DNA of 64,000 nt from Planctomycetota bacterium (GCA_016213895.1 JACQZJ010000009.1:10246-74245); one strand, 5' to 3'; positions 9,576-19,144 are shown, counted from the stretch's first letter. Notes: generated from the letters alone by a model not told the origin. Program-made: numbers and translations.

Positions 9576-12500
9576 CAGTTCCACTCCTCGTAGGCCAGGC
9601 GCGCGGGCGCGGCCAGCCACTCGACGCCGAGGGCGCGCAGGCGCGGGGCGCGCTTCCACTCGTTCGAGCCGCCGCGCGCGGCGCCCGGATCGGGCTCGAA
9701 CACCGCCGCGTCGAAAGCGCCTTCCTTGAAGCGCGTGAAAACGCGCAGCTCCAGGCTGTCGCCCTGGCGCAGGATGTTGCTCGGCCCGGGCGCGCCCGCG
9801 GCCGCCTCGAAGAAGAAGACGTCGGGCGCCTGCGCCGGGTCCTCGGTGAAGCGGCCGCGCCCGCCCACGCGCGCCTCGACCACGAGGTCGGCCAGCTCGG
9901 ACGCGTTCTCCGCCTGCCAGGAGAGCTCCTGGTAGAAGCCGCCCTTGGCCTTGAGGAAGAAACCGAGGTAGGCCAGCTCCGGGTCGTCGGCGCGCGGCCG
10001 GTAGCGGTCCTCGTAGCGCGCCGGGAAGAGCAGCACGAGCGTGCCCTCGACGTGCGCCTCCGGCCGAGTGCCGAAGCGGCCGCGCAGCAAACCGACGTCG
10101 CCGCGCCGCTCCGGGTCGCGCCACAGCGGCATGACCAGCTTGTTGTCCTCCTTGCGCGTGTAGCCGAGCAGCTCGCGGCCGATCTGCACCAGGCCGCCGC
10201 GCGTGGGGAAGTCGCCCGCGTCCTTCAGGACCAGCTCGTGATCGTCCGGGCCGATCGACTTCTCCAGGCGCGACACGCGCAGGAAGGTCAGCTCGCGCGC
10301 GGCCGCGCTGCCGCGGTGCATCTGGATCGGCGTGCCGAGGAAGCCGCGGCCGTTCACGGCCACGGTCAGCTCGGCCTCGCGCCCCTCGTCCGGCATGTCC
10401 ACGTCGGAGAAGGCAATGAACTCGTCGTCGATGAGCAGCACGAAGCCGTCGTCCGGCAGGTTGCCCACCGGATCGATGGCCTCGATGACCGGGCCGCCGC
10501 GGTCCCAGAGGTTGTAGCGCAGCACGTCGCGCCGCAGGTAGAGGGGCTCGTCCGGCTCGAGCTTGTCGTCGCGGCCGAGGACGTAGCGCGGATGCCGCGG
10601 CAGCACCTTGGACGGCGTGTCCGGGGCGAAGAACTCCGCCTCGTCCAGCAGGCCGCCGCCCGGGGACGGCGCGCCGTACATGTCGCCGCCCAGGTAGAGG
10701 TTCTCGCCGATCCTGCTCGGCAGCTCGCCCGAGGGGAACTTCAGCAGGCGCGTCAGGTCGCGCGACTCGATGTTCTGGTTGGCGAGCGCGTCCATGGCCG
10801 CGCCCGGATCATCGGGATCGACGCGCGAGAACAGGTCGTAGAAGTTGGAGCGGTACTCGCCGAGCACGCCGACCTCGAAGGCGAGATGACAGGCGAATGC
10901 CCCCCAGCCCTCCACGTCGGTCTCGCAGTAGCCGTAGTTGACGCGCTGCTCCTCCTGCGAGTGCGTCAGCGGATCGACCAGCGTGACGAAGTCGCGCGCG
11001 CCCGGGCGCGCGGTGTAGATGCTCTCGTTGCGGAAGGTGCGGAACACCGGCAGGACGCGCGCCTCCTGGGGGTGCCGCTTGGCTCCGGTGCCGAGCACGC
11101 CGCGGAAGGCCAGCACGCCGCCGTCCAGACGCGTGGACTGGAGCTTCGCCTCCTGCGCGATCTCGTTCTTGTCCTTCTGCGTGCCGGCGATCTCCTCGTA
11201 GTTGAGCGCCTTGGCGATGGCCGCGGCCGTGGGCATGTCCGAGGACCCCGCGTTCTTCTTGGTGAAGAACACGGTCAGGTCGCGCGCCAGGATGTCGACC
11301 ACGGAGCGCACGCGCGTGGGCTCGTCGCGCACGAAGCAGCCCGCGCCGATGTCGTCGTAGCGCACCCACTCGGTGCCGCCGCCTTCCTCGCGGCCGGCGA
11401 AGCCCGTGCCGATCTGCACCATCTCCGGCCGCGTCAGGCCCTGCTGGCCGCGCCGCGGCACCGGGTAGTCCTGCACCACCTTCTCGTGGCCGAGCCCGAT
11501 CTTCACCGACAGCGGCACCACGAAGATCGGCTGCTTTTGTTCGTAGCCGCTCTCCGACGGCTCGAGCGCCCACTCGGCCACGTGCGCGTGCGCCCAGGTG
11601 GCGCTCTTGTCCGCGTCCACCGCCGAATCCTCGACCTGCAGCAGGTTGCACGTATCCCCGGCCCACTCGGCGTTCTCCGCCGCGCCCGGCGCCCGCTCCA
11701 CCGCCATGAGCGTGTTGTTGGCGAAGCCGCCGTAGCGGATCAGCTCGCCCAGGCCGATGATCTCGCCGTTGGTGGACCTCAGCACGTTCGTCCACGAGAA
11801 CTGGGCCTGCCTGTCTCCCATCTGCACCGTCTCGTTCCCGCCGGTCGAGGGCGGCCGGCGCGGGCAGGAGACGACGAGCGCGAAGCCGCCGTCCTCGTCG
11901 AACAGGCTCTCCAGGCTTGCGCTCGCCGCGGTCGAGCTGCTCGAGGCGTTGGGGTTGCCGAGGGCCACGAGCGGCAGGGACGTCACCGTGGAGTCGATGC
12001 CGGTGCCCACGGGCAGGGACGCGGCGCCGCCCCCGGTTTCGGTGAACTCCACGTTGATGCTCTTCGAGGCCTCGTCCGCGTCCGGATCGACCATCGCGAT
12101 CCCGAACTCGCCGAGCGCGTTCTTCAGTCCCGTGTTGCCGTGCGGCACGTACTCGGAGAGCAGGACCGCGGCGTAGCCGAACAGCTCGACCGCCTCGGAC
12201 TCCTCGGACTCCTCGTGATCCTGGCCGCGCGAGCCGCGGCGCGCGCGGCCGCCGAAAGCGTCGCCGGCCACGCGCGAGACGATGAGCTCCTTGTCCGTGC
12301 GGTCGAGGTACTCGATCAGCTCCCAGCCGATGCGCACGATGCCCCAGGGCGGGAAGAGGCTGGCGTCCTCGACCTTGATCTTGAAGTCCTGCCCGGCGGT
12401 GTAGCCCGGGATGTTGGCGAAGGGCCCGGCGTCGCCCGGCGGATCGAGCGGCTCGGCCAGGCGCGTCTGGAAGGCCCGCCGCCCGCGCGGCACGCCGTCC

Positions 12501-14752
12501 ACGAGGAGCACCAGGTCCGAGGGCTTCGTGCCCCGGGCGTAGAACGAGAGGTGATACGGCACGGTCGGATCGAACTCGAGCCCGTCGTCGAAGGCGTAGC
12601 GGATGTGCCCGATCTGCGCCGGGAAGCGCGCCGGATCGAGGTCGTCGCGCTGGCCCGGGAACTCGTCGCCGATCGGGTCGGGCACGGCGGCGTCGGCCAC
12701 GCGGAAGACCAGCTCGCCGCCCGCGCCGTCGTACGATGCGAAGATGCGGTTGGTCAGCTCGGCGTGCTCTTCGCTGCCGGCGTAGCCGCTGTCGAAGAGG
12801 ATCGACTCGCGCGTGCCGCTCTCTTCCCCGGGCTGCCACCACATCTCCAGGCAGAACGGCTTGGGCCAGCCCTTGCCGTCGAGCAGCTCGAGCAGGTCGG
12901 ACTCGACGCCGAGCGCCAGCGGCCCGCGCGCGGCCATGTCGTAGCCGTCGACCCGATCCGAGCCCGTATCGGTCTCGTCCAGGGGCGTGCCGTCGAAATG
13001 CAGGACGCGCAGCTGCGCTTCCTCCACCTGGCCGGGCTCCAAGCCCGGGTCCTCGGGCGAAGGAACGCGCAGCCCCTCCTTGCGCACCGGCGCCAGGCGC
13101 GCGTACGCGGGCTCTTCGCTCTCCTGGCGCGCGTGCCGCCCCGCCAGAGCCGAGCGCAGCCGCGAGGGCGGCTCGTGGAAGGCGTCGAAGTCCTGGACGT
13201 TCTCCGGGAAGGTGGCCCAGTACTTGCCGGTGCGCGACAGGCGGATCGCTTCCTCGAAATCGAGCTGCGAGGCGAACAGGGTGAGGGCCGCGCCGGCGGG
13301 GAACACCTGGCTCACCACGCGCGCGAAGGAGCGGGACTGCTCCCGCCCGAGCGGCAGGTTCTCGCTCGCCGCCGCGTCGATGGTGAACACGCCGTAGGAG
13401 CGGTAGACGAAGGGCGCGGTGGAGACGGCGAGCGACGCGCAGAGGGCGTTCTCCGCGTTCAGGAGCAAAGCAGTCTGGTCGTCGGCGCTGATCGCGTCGC
13501 CTTCCCGCAGCGCCGCCAGCAGGACGGCGAACGCCTCCGGGCCGGCGAGCGGCCGCGCTTCGAGCACGCGCTCGGCGATGAGCTCGGCCTCCTTGCGGTC
13601 GACCTGCTCGAACGAGCCCCTGAGCCTCACGCCCTCCATGAGGGCCACGAGCACGCGGCGCGAGCAGGAGTTGACGTTGACCGGCGCCCGCGCCAGCGCG
13701 TCGACCAGCGCCAGGTCGGCCTCGTACTCCCGCTCGACCGGCTCCTGCAGCACGAGGCGGAAAAGGTCCCCGCCGGCCTCGTCCACCGCCACCACCAGGT
13801 TGTATTCCTCGGCGTCTTCCTGGCGGATGCGCACCACCGTGCCCGGTCCCAGGCTGGCGCCGCCGGCCACGATCAGCTCGCGCGCCTCGTCCCCAGGACC
13901 GGCCGCGAGCACCAGGCGCGCGGTCGCCAGGAAGCGCTCCGAGCCCGGCAGCACGGAGTGGACGGTGAGGTCCGCCTCGAGGCCGTCGATCTCGTCCGCG
14001 CTGAAGGCCGCCTCGCCGAAGCGCGCGATGTCCTTCAGGGCGCGCACCGTCGCGCAGCCGCGGAACGTGCCGGGCGCGATCTTCCAGGGATACACGGCCG
14101 CGAGCAGGGCGCGGTAGTCGAGGACCGGGGCGCCCGCCGCATGGTCTCCCGGCGGCAGGCTGGCGACGACCGAGGTGCTGAAGCCGCGCGTGATGCCGGA
14201 GAGCGTGCGCCCGCTCCGCGAGCGGTAGAGGATCAGCTCGCCGTCCACCCAGACGACGCCCTGCTCGGGCAGACCCTCTGCCCCGGCCAGCCGCACCTCC
14301 AGCTCCTCCTCCGGCTTGAGGCGCTCGGCGAGGCGCGTGCCGCCGAGCAGGTTGCCGAGCAGGTGGAGGGAGGCGTGGTTGACGTTCACCTTGCCCTGCT
14401 CGTCCGCGGAGATGGCCGACCAGATCGTGCCGCGCGGATCGCTCGCCGGCTGGCCGAAGCGCTCCGCCCCGGCGCCGAGCCGCACGGCCAGCTCCTCCGG
14501 CGAGTCGTAGTGCGGCGTCTCGTCCCGGTCCGGGTCGGTGGCGGCCAGCATCTCCTCGGCCAAGGAGAGCGCCGAGCGCGCCGTGACCTGCGACTTCTCG
14601 CGAAAGACCTGGATGGTGGCCGACTTGTCCTGGCTGCGCATGGACAGCGCGAACGGCAGGGCGATGGTGATGAGCGCCATGAGCACGAGGATGACCGCCA
14701 TCAGGGCGGCGCCCCGCTCCTTGCCTGAGCCCCTGGCCGCGCGCTTTCTCAT
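9575..14752 (-). CDS. Giant GspK-like minor pseudopilin (1725 aa)
   Basis: ATG 14752 shares a base with the upstream TGA. N-terminus KERGAALMAVILVLMALITIALPF. SADEQGKVNVNHAS and RAPVNVNSCSRRVLVAL resemble the two GspK xGK(I/V)N(V/L)N segments within the first ~490 aa. A ~1230-aa extension of unknown family follows. Confidence 0.75.
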   Translation of the reverse strand: MRKRAARGSGKERGAALMAVILVLMALITIALPFALSMRSQDKSATIQVFREKSQVTARSALSLAEEMLAATDPDRDETPHYDSPEELAVRLGAGAERFGQPASDPRGTIWSAISADEQGKVNVNHASLHLLGNLLGGTRLAERLKPEEELEVRLAGAEGLPEQGVVWVDGELILYRSRSGRTLSGITRGFSTSVVASLPPGDHAAGAPVLDYRALLAAVYPWKIAPGTFRGCATVRALKDIARFGEAAFSADEIDGLEADLTVHSVLPGSERFLATARLVLAAGPGDEARELIVAGGASLGPGTVVRIRQEDAEEYNLVVAVDEAGGDLFRLVLQEPVEREYEADLALVDALARAPVNVNSCSRRVLVALMEGVRLRGSFEQVDRKEAELIAERVLEARPLAGPEAFAVLLAALREGDAISADDQTALLLNAENALCASLAVSTAPFVYRSYGVFTIDAAASENLPLGREQSRSFARVVSQVFPAGAALTLFASQLDFEEAIRLSRTGKYWATFPENVQDFDAFHEPPSRLRSALAGRHARQESEEPAYARLAPVRKEGLRVPSPEDPGLEPGQVEEAQLRVLHFDGTPLDETDTGSDRVDGYDMAARGPLALGVESDLLELLDGKGWPKPFCLEMWWQPGEESGTRESILFDSGYAGSEEHAELTNRIFASYDGAGGELVFRVADAAVPDPIGDEFPGQRDDLDPARFPAQIGHIRYAFDDGLEFDPTVPYHLSFYARGTKPSDLVLLVDGVPRGRRAFQTRLAEPLDPPGDAGPFANIPGYTAGQDFKIKVEDASLFPPWGIVRIGWELIEYLDRTDKELIVSRVAGDAFGGRARRGSRGQDHEESEESEAVELFGYAAVLLSEYVPHGNTGLKNALGEFGIAMVDPDADEASKSINVEFTETGGGAASLPVGTGIDSTVTSLPLVALGNPNASSSSTAASASLESLFDEDGGFALVVSCPRRPPSTGGNETVQMGDRQAQFSWTNVLRSTNGEIIGLGELIRYGGFANNTLMAVERAPGAAENAEWAGDTCNLLQVEDSAVDADKSATWAHAHVAEWALEPSESGYEQKQPIFVVPLSVKIGLGHEKVVQDYPVPRRGQQGLTRPEMVQIGTGFAGREEGGGTEWVRYDDIGAGCFVRDEPTRVRSVVDILARDLTVFFTKKNAGSSDMPTAAAIAKALNYEEIAGTQKDKNEIAQEAKLQSTRLDGGVLAFRGVLGTGAKRHPQEARVLPVFRTFRNESIYTARPGARDFVTLVDPLTHSQEEQRVNYGYCETDVEGWGAFACHLAFEVGVLGEYRSNFYDLFSRVDPDDPGAAMDALANQNIESRDLTRLLKFPSGELPSRIGENLYLGGDMYGAPSPGGGLLDEAEFFAPDTPSKVLPRHPRYVLGRDDKLEPDEPLYLRRDVLRYNLWDRGGPVIEAIDPVGNLPDDGFVLLIDDEFIAFSDVDMPDEGREAELTVAVNGRGFLGTPIQMHRGSAAARELTFLRVSRLEKSIGPDDHELVLKDAGDFPTRGGLVQIGRELLGYTRKEDNKLVMPLWRDPERRGDVGLLRGRFGTRPEAHVEGTLVLLFPARYEDRYRPRADDPELAYLGFFLKAKGGFYQELSWQAENASELADLVVEARVGGRGRFTEDPAQAPDVFFFEAAAGAPGPSNILRQGDSLELRVFTRFKEGAFDAAVFEPDPGAARGGSNEWKRAPRLRALGVEWLAAPARLAYEEWN

Positions 14753-15759
14753 CAGCGGATCTCCCCCAGCATGCCGACCACGATGTCGCGCGTGCGCTGC
14801 CCCTCGTCCTGGTCGTAGCGCAGCGTGATGACCGCCGGCCGGTCGTGGCGCGCGGCGTCGAGCCGCCCGCGGCCGTCGAAGAAGACGCTCCCGGCGGCGG
14901 CCAGGGTCACGCCGTGCGGCAGCGGCGGCGCGTCGCGCGTGACGATGCTCGCCAGGCGCACCTCGTCGACCAGGCCGGAGAAGGGCGGCGACCCGCCCCC
15001 GATCACGAGCGGCGCCTGCGGATCGGGGTGCGCCGGCAGGCGCACGTCGTTCGCCAGGCAGGCGCGCTCGCGGCCGTCGATCGCCAGGCGCAGGCTCTGG
15101 CCGTCGTAGGACAGCGCGACCGCGACCCAGCGCTCGCACGGCACCCGGTCCGCGGTGTCGAGGCGCAAAAAGCCGCCCGCGGCGCGGCTCTCCAGCACGC
15201 CTTCCTTGACGCGCACGCGCGCGGCGAGGGTGCGCTGCTCGGTCACCTCCAGGCGGAAGGCCTCTCCCTTGGCGATCAGCACGCCCGCGCAGTCCGGCTC
15301 GATCTGCACGTACGCCTCGACGCGCAGGCCGATGTCGCTGTCGAACGAGGGGGAGGTCCCGAGCACGGCGCTGCCCGGCGCCGCGCTCTCGAGGAGAAGC
15401 GCGTTGCCGATGGCGCCGCCCGGCTCGATCACGGCGCCGCCCGCGAGCTCGGCGTTGGTCGGCCAGCCGAACGACGTCGAGTCCTCGAAGTGCCAGTTGC
15501 CGGTGCTGACGAAGCCGCTGGCGAGCACGCGGTTGCCGGCGCCGTCGAAGTCCACGCGCGCCGCCGTGGACTGCTCCACGGCGAAGAGGCGCGCCGCGCG
15601 CAGCGCGTCCTTGACCTGCGCCACGGCCAGGCCGCGTCCCATGTTCATCCGGGAGAAGGCGCCGGCGCCGATCCCCAGGAGGATGGCGAAGAGGCCGAGA
15701 ACCGCCAGCAGCTCCAGGAGCGTGAAGCCAGCGTCACTCCAGGTAGGAGGCGATGTCAT
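14752..15759 (-). CDS. Prepilin-type pseudopilin (GspH-like N-terminus) fused to a LamG-type jelly-roll domain
   Basis: ATG 15759. WSDAGFTLLELLAVLGLFAILLGIG is a prepilin motif. WVAVALSYDGQSLRLAIDG..PLVIGGG..FSGLVDEVRLAS is the Laminin_G_3-type pattern. The gene overlaps the upstream gene by 26 nt. Confidence 0.75.
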   Translation of the reverse strand: MTSPPTWSDAGFTLLELLAVLGLFAILLGIGAGAFSRMNMGRGLAVAQVKDALRAARLFAVEQSTAARVDFDGAGNRVLASGFVSTGNWHFEDSTSFGWPTNAELAGGAVIEPGGAIGNALLLESAAPGSAVLGTSPSFDSDIGLRVEAYVQIEPDCAGVLIAKGEAFRLEVTEQRTLAARVRVKEGVLESRAAGGFLRLDTADRVPCERWVAVALSYDGQSLRLAIDGRERACLANDVRLPAHPDPQAPLVIGGGSPPFSGLVDEVRLASIVTRDAPPLPHGVTLAAAGSVFFDGRGRLDAARHDRPAVITLRYDQDEGQRTRDIVVGMLGEIR

Positions 15760-16363
15760 CGGCCGTGCCGTAGACGCCGTCCTCGCCCACCGATAGGAGC
15801 TGGTACGACTCTTTCGCATAGAAACCGCCGGTCAACTCGCTCACGGCGCCGGTCACGACCTTGGCCACCCACTCGGCCGTGTCGGCATCCAGGAACTCGT
15901 AGCACGACTCCTTGCCGTAGTCGTCGTAGCGGATGTAGACGAAGGGGTTGTCCCAGGCGTCGACCACCTCGAGCAGGACCGGCATCCCGTGGATGGTGAC
16001 GTTCTTGTCCGCGACGTCCTCGCCGTCCTGGTTCTTGAGGTACTTCTCCGGGATGCGCTCGCCGTCGTAGTCCTTGTGGAAGAAGCCCACGACCAGCGCC
16101 TCGTTGCCCTCGTCGACGTCGTTCTTCGCCTTCAAGCCGTAGCGCGCCAGCTGGCTGTACGGGTAGTCCCCGGTGCGGTTCCGGTACTGCTCGAGCAGCC
16201 CGCTGAGCTGCTGCAGGCGCGAGCGCGTGTCCGCCTCCTTGCCCGTCGCCAGGAACTTGGGGTACTGCGTGGCCCCGATCCCGAGGAGCAGAGCCAGGAT
16301 CGAGATCACGACCAGGAGCTCGATCAACGTGAAGGCGCGTCGTGTTCGCATTGGTGCCGCCAT
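15734..16363 (-). CDS. GspG-like major pseudopilin (second copy, 209 aa)
   Basis: RRAFTLIELLVVISILALLLGI is a prepilin motif. DAWDNPFVYIRY and LLSVGEDGVYGTADDI resemble the GspG core motifs. ATG 16351 is an alternative start. Confidence 0.85.
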   Translation of the reverse strand: MAAPMRTRRAFTLIELLVVISILALLLGIGATQYPKFLATGKEADTRSRLQQLSGLLEQYRNRTGDYPYSQLARYGLKAKNDVDEGNEALVVGFFHKDYDGERIPEKYLKNQDGEDVADKNVTIHGMPVLLEVVDAWDNPFVYIRYDDYGKESCYEFLDADTAEWVAKVVTGAVSELTGGFYAKESYQLLSVGEDGVYGTADDIASYLE

Positions 16364-16405
16364 TCTATCCCGTGGAACCCTCCGCGGTAACGAACGCGGC
16401 GCGCC

Positions 16406-19144
16406 TCACCCCTGGTAGCGCACGACGCGCACGAAGCCGCTGGTGACGGCCACGTTCTGGCGGGCGTCGGCCTCGACGAAGAGCGCGCCCACCACCTCGC
16501 GCCTGAGCTTCTTCAGGCCGCTCACCTCGATCCCGTCCAGGACCACGCGCTCGTCGACCAGGATGCGGAAGACCCCCCTTTCGGCGTCCGTGCGCTCGAT
16601 GCCCAGCTGGAACTCCTGGCCGGCCGGCAGGCGCACGTCCGGCACCTCGAGCCAGTCCGCCTCCGCCTCCTCCCTGCTCCTCGCCAGGACGCGCAGCGAC
16701 CCGTCCGCGCAGCGCGCCACCGCGATCTCGCCCATGATCTGCGGCCCGGAGTCCTTGCCTGGGCGCTCGTAGGCGAAACGCAGGCCGGCCTTGCCCTCGC
16801 AGGAGGCCGCCACGCCGAACCGCGCCTCGAGCAGCACGAAGGCGGCGCCCGCGATCACGCGGCTCAGCTCGCTGCGCTCCCCCGCGCTCTCCTGGCGCTG
16901 CACGCCGCTGATCTCGAGCTGGCCGTCGCCGTTCAGGCGGATCTGCGGTCCGTGCGGCTCGGTCAACGTCCAGTCGTTCTTGATCTGCTTGCGGTTGAAG
17001 CGGTCGACCCACTGCTCCTTGCCGCGATGGTCGTCGACGAGCGCCTGGTTGCGGTCGGCGTAGAGGCGGTGCGGGTCGGACTCCGCCGGGCACGCGGCGC
17101 GGGCCGCGGCAAACTGCTGCAGCGCCTGATCGACGTTCCCCTCGCGGTACTCGCACCAGGCGACGCCGCACAGGGCCGCGGCGGCCGGCAGCTGCGGGTC
17201 GCCCGCGCCCATCTTGAACTCCTCCCGCGCCGCCGCCACCTGGTTCATGCGCAGGAGCGCCGCGCCGAGCAGCACCCGCACCTCGCGGTTGTCCGGCTCG
17301 CGCCGCAGCGACTCGCGCAAATACCGCTCCGCCGTCTCCGGCTCGTCCTGGAGGAGCGCCGTGTAGCCCAGCTCGTTCAGCACGTCGGTGATGCGTCCGT
17401 CCCGCTCCAGGGACTCGCGCAGGCGCGCCTCGGCCGACTCCAGGTCGCCGCTCAGGCGCGCGATGCGGCCGGCGCGGTACAGGCCGAAGGGCTCGCCCGG
17501 CTCGAAGAGCAGCGCCTCCTCGAACCAGAAGGCCGCCTTCTCCAGGTTCCCGGCCGACTCCTCCAGCGCGCCGAGAGCCACCGCGGAGTCGAACGCCGCC
17601 AGCGGGTCCAGGTCGGCCGCCTCCTGGAAGCGGGCGCGCGCCTGCTCCAGGGCCGCGGGCTCGCCCGCGCCGCGCGCCAGGGCCACGCCCAGGTCGTAGA
17701 CCGCGGCCCGGTGGCGCGGATTCTCCTCCAGCGCCGTGCGGAACTCGCCGATCGCGTTGGCCGTGTCTCCGCTCATCAGGTCGAGCACGCCCTTGAGCAC
17801 TCGCGCCTCGCTCTGCTCGCCTCCGAGCCTCAGGACGCGGTCGACCTCGCTCAGCGCCTCCTGCGCGCGGTTGACGCGGATCAGGGCGCGCACCAACTCC
17901 ACGCGCAGCTGCTGGCGCGCCTCGGCGCTCAGCCCGCTGACCTTGAGCGCGCTCTCCAGCGCCGCCACCGCCTCGGCGCCGCGCTCCGCGGCGAGGAGCA
18001 CCCGTCCCAGCTCCGCCCACGCCGCCTGGTCGTTGGGGTTGAGCCTCAGCCCCGCCCGCAGGATCGACTCCGCCGCCTGCGCCAAGCCAAGCCGCCGCAG
18101 GATGCGCGCGCGCCGCGTCTCCAGGCGCGAGTCCGCGACCCCGGCCGCGCGCGCCTCGTCGCACACGCCGATCTCGGCCTCCGTGTCGCCGGCCAGCTCC
18201 TGCACCCGGCCGAGCAGCTCCCAGGCGTCCGCTTCCAGCGGGTTGAAGGACAGGGCGGAACGCAGGAACTGCTCCGCGCCCTCGAGCGCGGCGCCGGCGT
18301 CCTCGCTCGCCCAGCCCAGGCACTTGCGCGCCGCCTCGAGCTGCGAGCGCACGCTGCCGGCGCTCGGCTTGACCAGGCGCCGCTCGAGCACCACGCGGTT
18401 GCGCACCGTGTCGGCGAAGCCGAAGCCCTGGCCGAATGCGCCGTCGCCCTCCAGGTCCGCGCGTTGGAACGTCGCCGTGCCCGAGTCCTTGCCCGTGACG
18501 ACGTTAACCGCCTTGAACTGCAGCGCCAGCGAGGGATTGTCCAGGAGCGCGAACTTGTCCGGATTCAGCACGTAGCCGTAGACGCGCGGGCGCCCCTTGC
18601 GCTTGAACCAGTCGTAGCTCTTCTCGAGAGCGGCCTCGGCCGGGGCCGGCGCGGCTGCCTCTGCCCCCGCCGCGGGAGGGAAGTCGATGCCGCCGAAGCG
18701 CTCGTCCTCGGCCGCGCCCTCCTCCGCGCTGGCGTCATCTTCCTCCCCGGCAGGCGCGGGCTGTTCCGGCTCGGCGCCCGCGGCCGCGGGGGCCGCGGGG
18801 GGCGGCGCCAGGCGGAAGAAGCGCAGGTGCGCGGACTCGACCGAAGGCTCGGGCAGCAGGCCCACGGCGCCGATCGGCGGGAGCGGCGGAGGATCGAGGA
18901 TGAGGGGCGGCAGCGGGTTCCAATCCCGCGGCGGCATGAAGACGTCGCGCCCGCCCCGTTGCGTGCGCGGCTCGTCCGTGTCCGGGAAGCGCACCTCCGG
19001 CACGCGCGGCGCCTCGACCAGCGGGAACGCGCGCTCGCGCGGCAAGGGCGGCGACTGGTAGGCGCCCGAGTGGCGCAGATAGATGAGGAGCCCGGCGATG
19101 ACCAGCACCAGCAGGAACAGGGCCTGCTCCCGATTGGTCTTCAT
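16406..19144 (-). CDS. Membrane-anchored proline-rich TPR-repeat protein with C-terminal beta-sandwich-like domain (912 aa)
   Basis: ATGA overlap with the upstream stop. TM helix ALFLLVLVIAGLLIYL. Pro/Ala-rich spacer. Many TPR-like helical repeats (..AWAELGRVLLAAERGAEAVAALESALK..). The last ~200 aa are beta-rich. Confidence 0.7.
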   Translation of the reverse strand: MKTNREQALFLLVLVIAGLLIYLRHSGAYQSPPLPRERAFPLVEAPRVPEVRFPDTDEPRTQRGGRDVFMPPRDWNPLPPLILDPPPLPPIGAVGLLPEPSVESAHLRFFRLAPPPAAPAAAGAEPEQPAPAGEEDDASAEEGAAEDERFGGIDFPPAAGAEAAAPAPAEAALEKSYDWFKRKGRPRVYGYVLNPDKFALLDNPSLALQFKAVNVVTGKDSGTATFQRADLEGDGAFGQGFGFADTVRNRVVLERRLVKPSAGSVRSQLEAARKCLGWASEDAGAALEGAEQFLRSALSFNPLEADAWELLGRVQELAGDTEAEIGVCDEARAAGVADSRLETRRARILRRLGLAQAAESILRAGLRLNPNDQAAWAELGRVLLAAERGAEAVAALESALKVSGLSAEARQQLRVELVRALIRVNRAQEALSEVDRVLRLGGEQSEARVLKGVLDLMSGDTANAIGEFRTALEENPRHRAAVYDLGVALARGAGEPAALEQARARFQEAADLDPLAAFDSAVALGALEESAGNLEKAAFWFEEALLFEPGEPFGLYRAGRIARLSGDLESAEARLRESLERDGRITDVLNELGYTALLQDEPETAERYLRESLRREPDNREVRVLLGAALLRMNQVAAAREEFKMGAGDPQLPAAAALCGVAWCEYREGNVDQALQQFAAARAACPAESDPHRLYADRNQALVDDHRGKEQWVDRFNRKQIKNDWTLTEPHGPQIRLNGDGQLEISGVQRQESAGERSELSRVIAGAAFVLLEARFGVAASCEGKAGLRFAYERPGKDSGPQIMGEIAVARCADGSLRVLARSREEAEADWLEVPDVRLPAGQEFQLGIERTDAERGVFRILVDERVVLDGIEVSGLKKLRREVVGALFVEADARQNVAVTSGFVRVVRYQG

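Noticed and set aside
10052-14728. Very long antisense ORFs opposite recognised genes: 10052-14728 (+), 2886-4715 (+), 16952-19486 (+), 22505-24280 (+), 27514-30063 (-), 58072-61743 (-) and many shorter ones.
   Set aside because: Their translations are Arg/Ala/Gly/Pro-rich with no recognisable motifs. The opposite strand encodes proteins with clear family signatures. Such shadow ORFs are expected in very GC-rich DNA.
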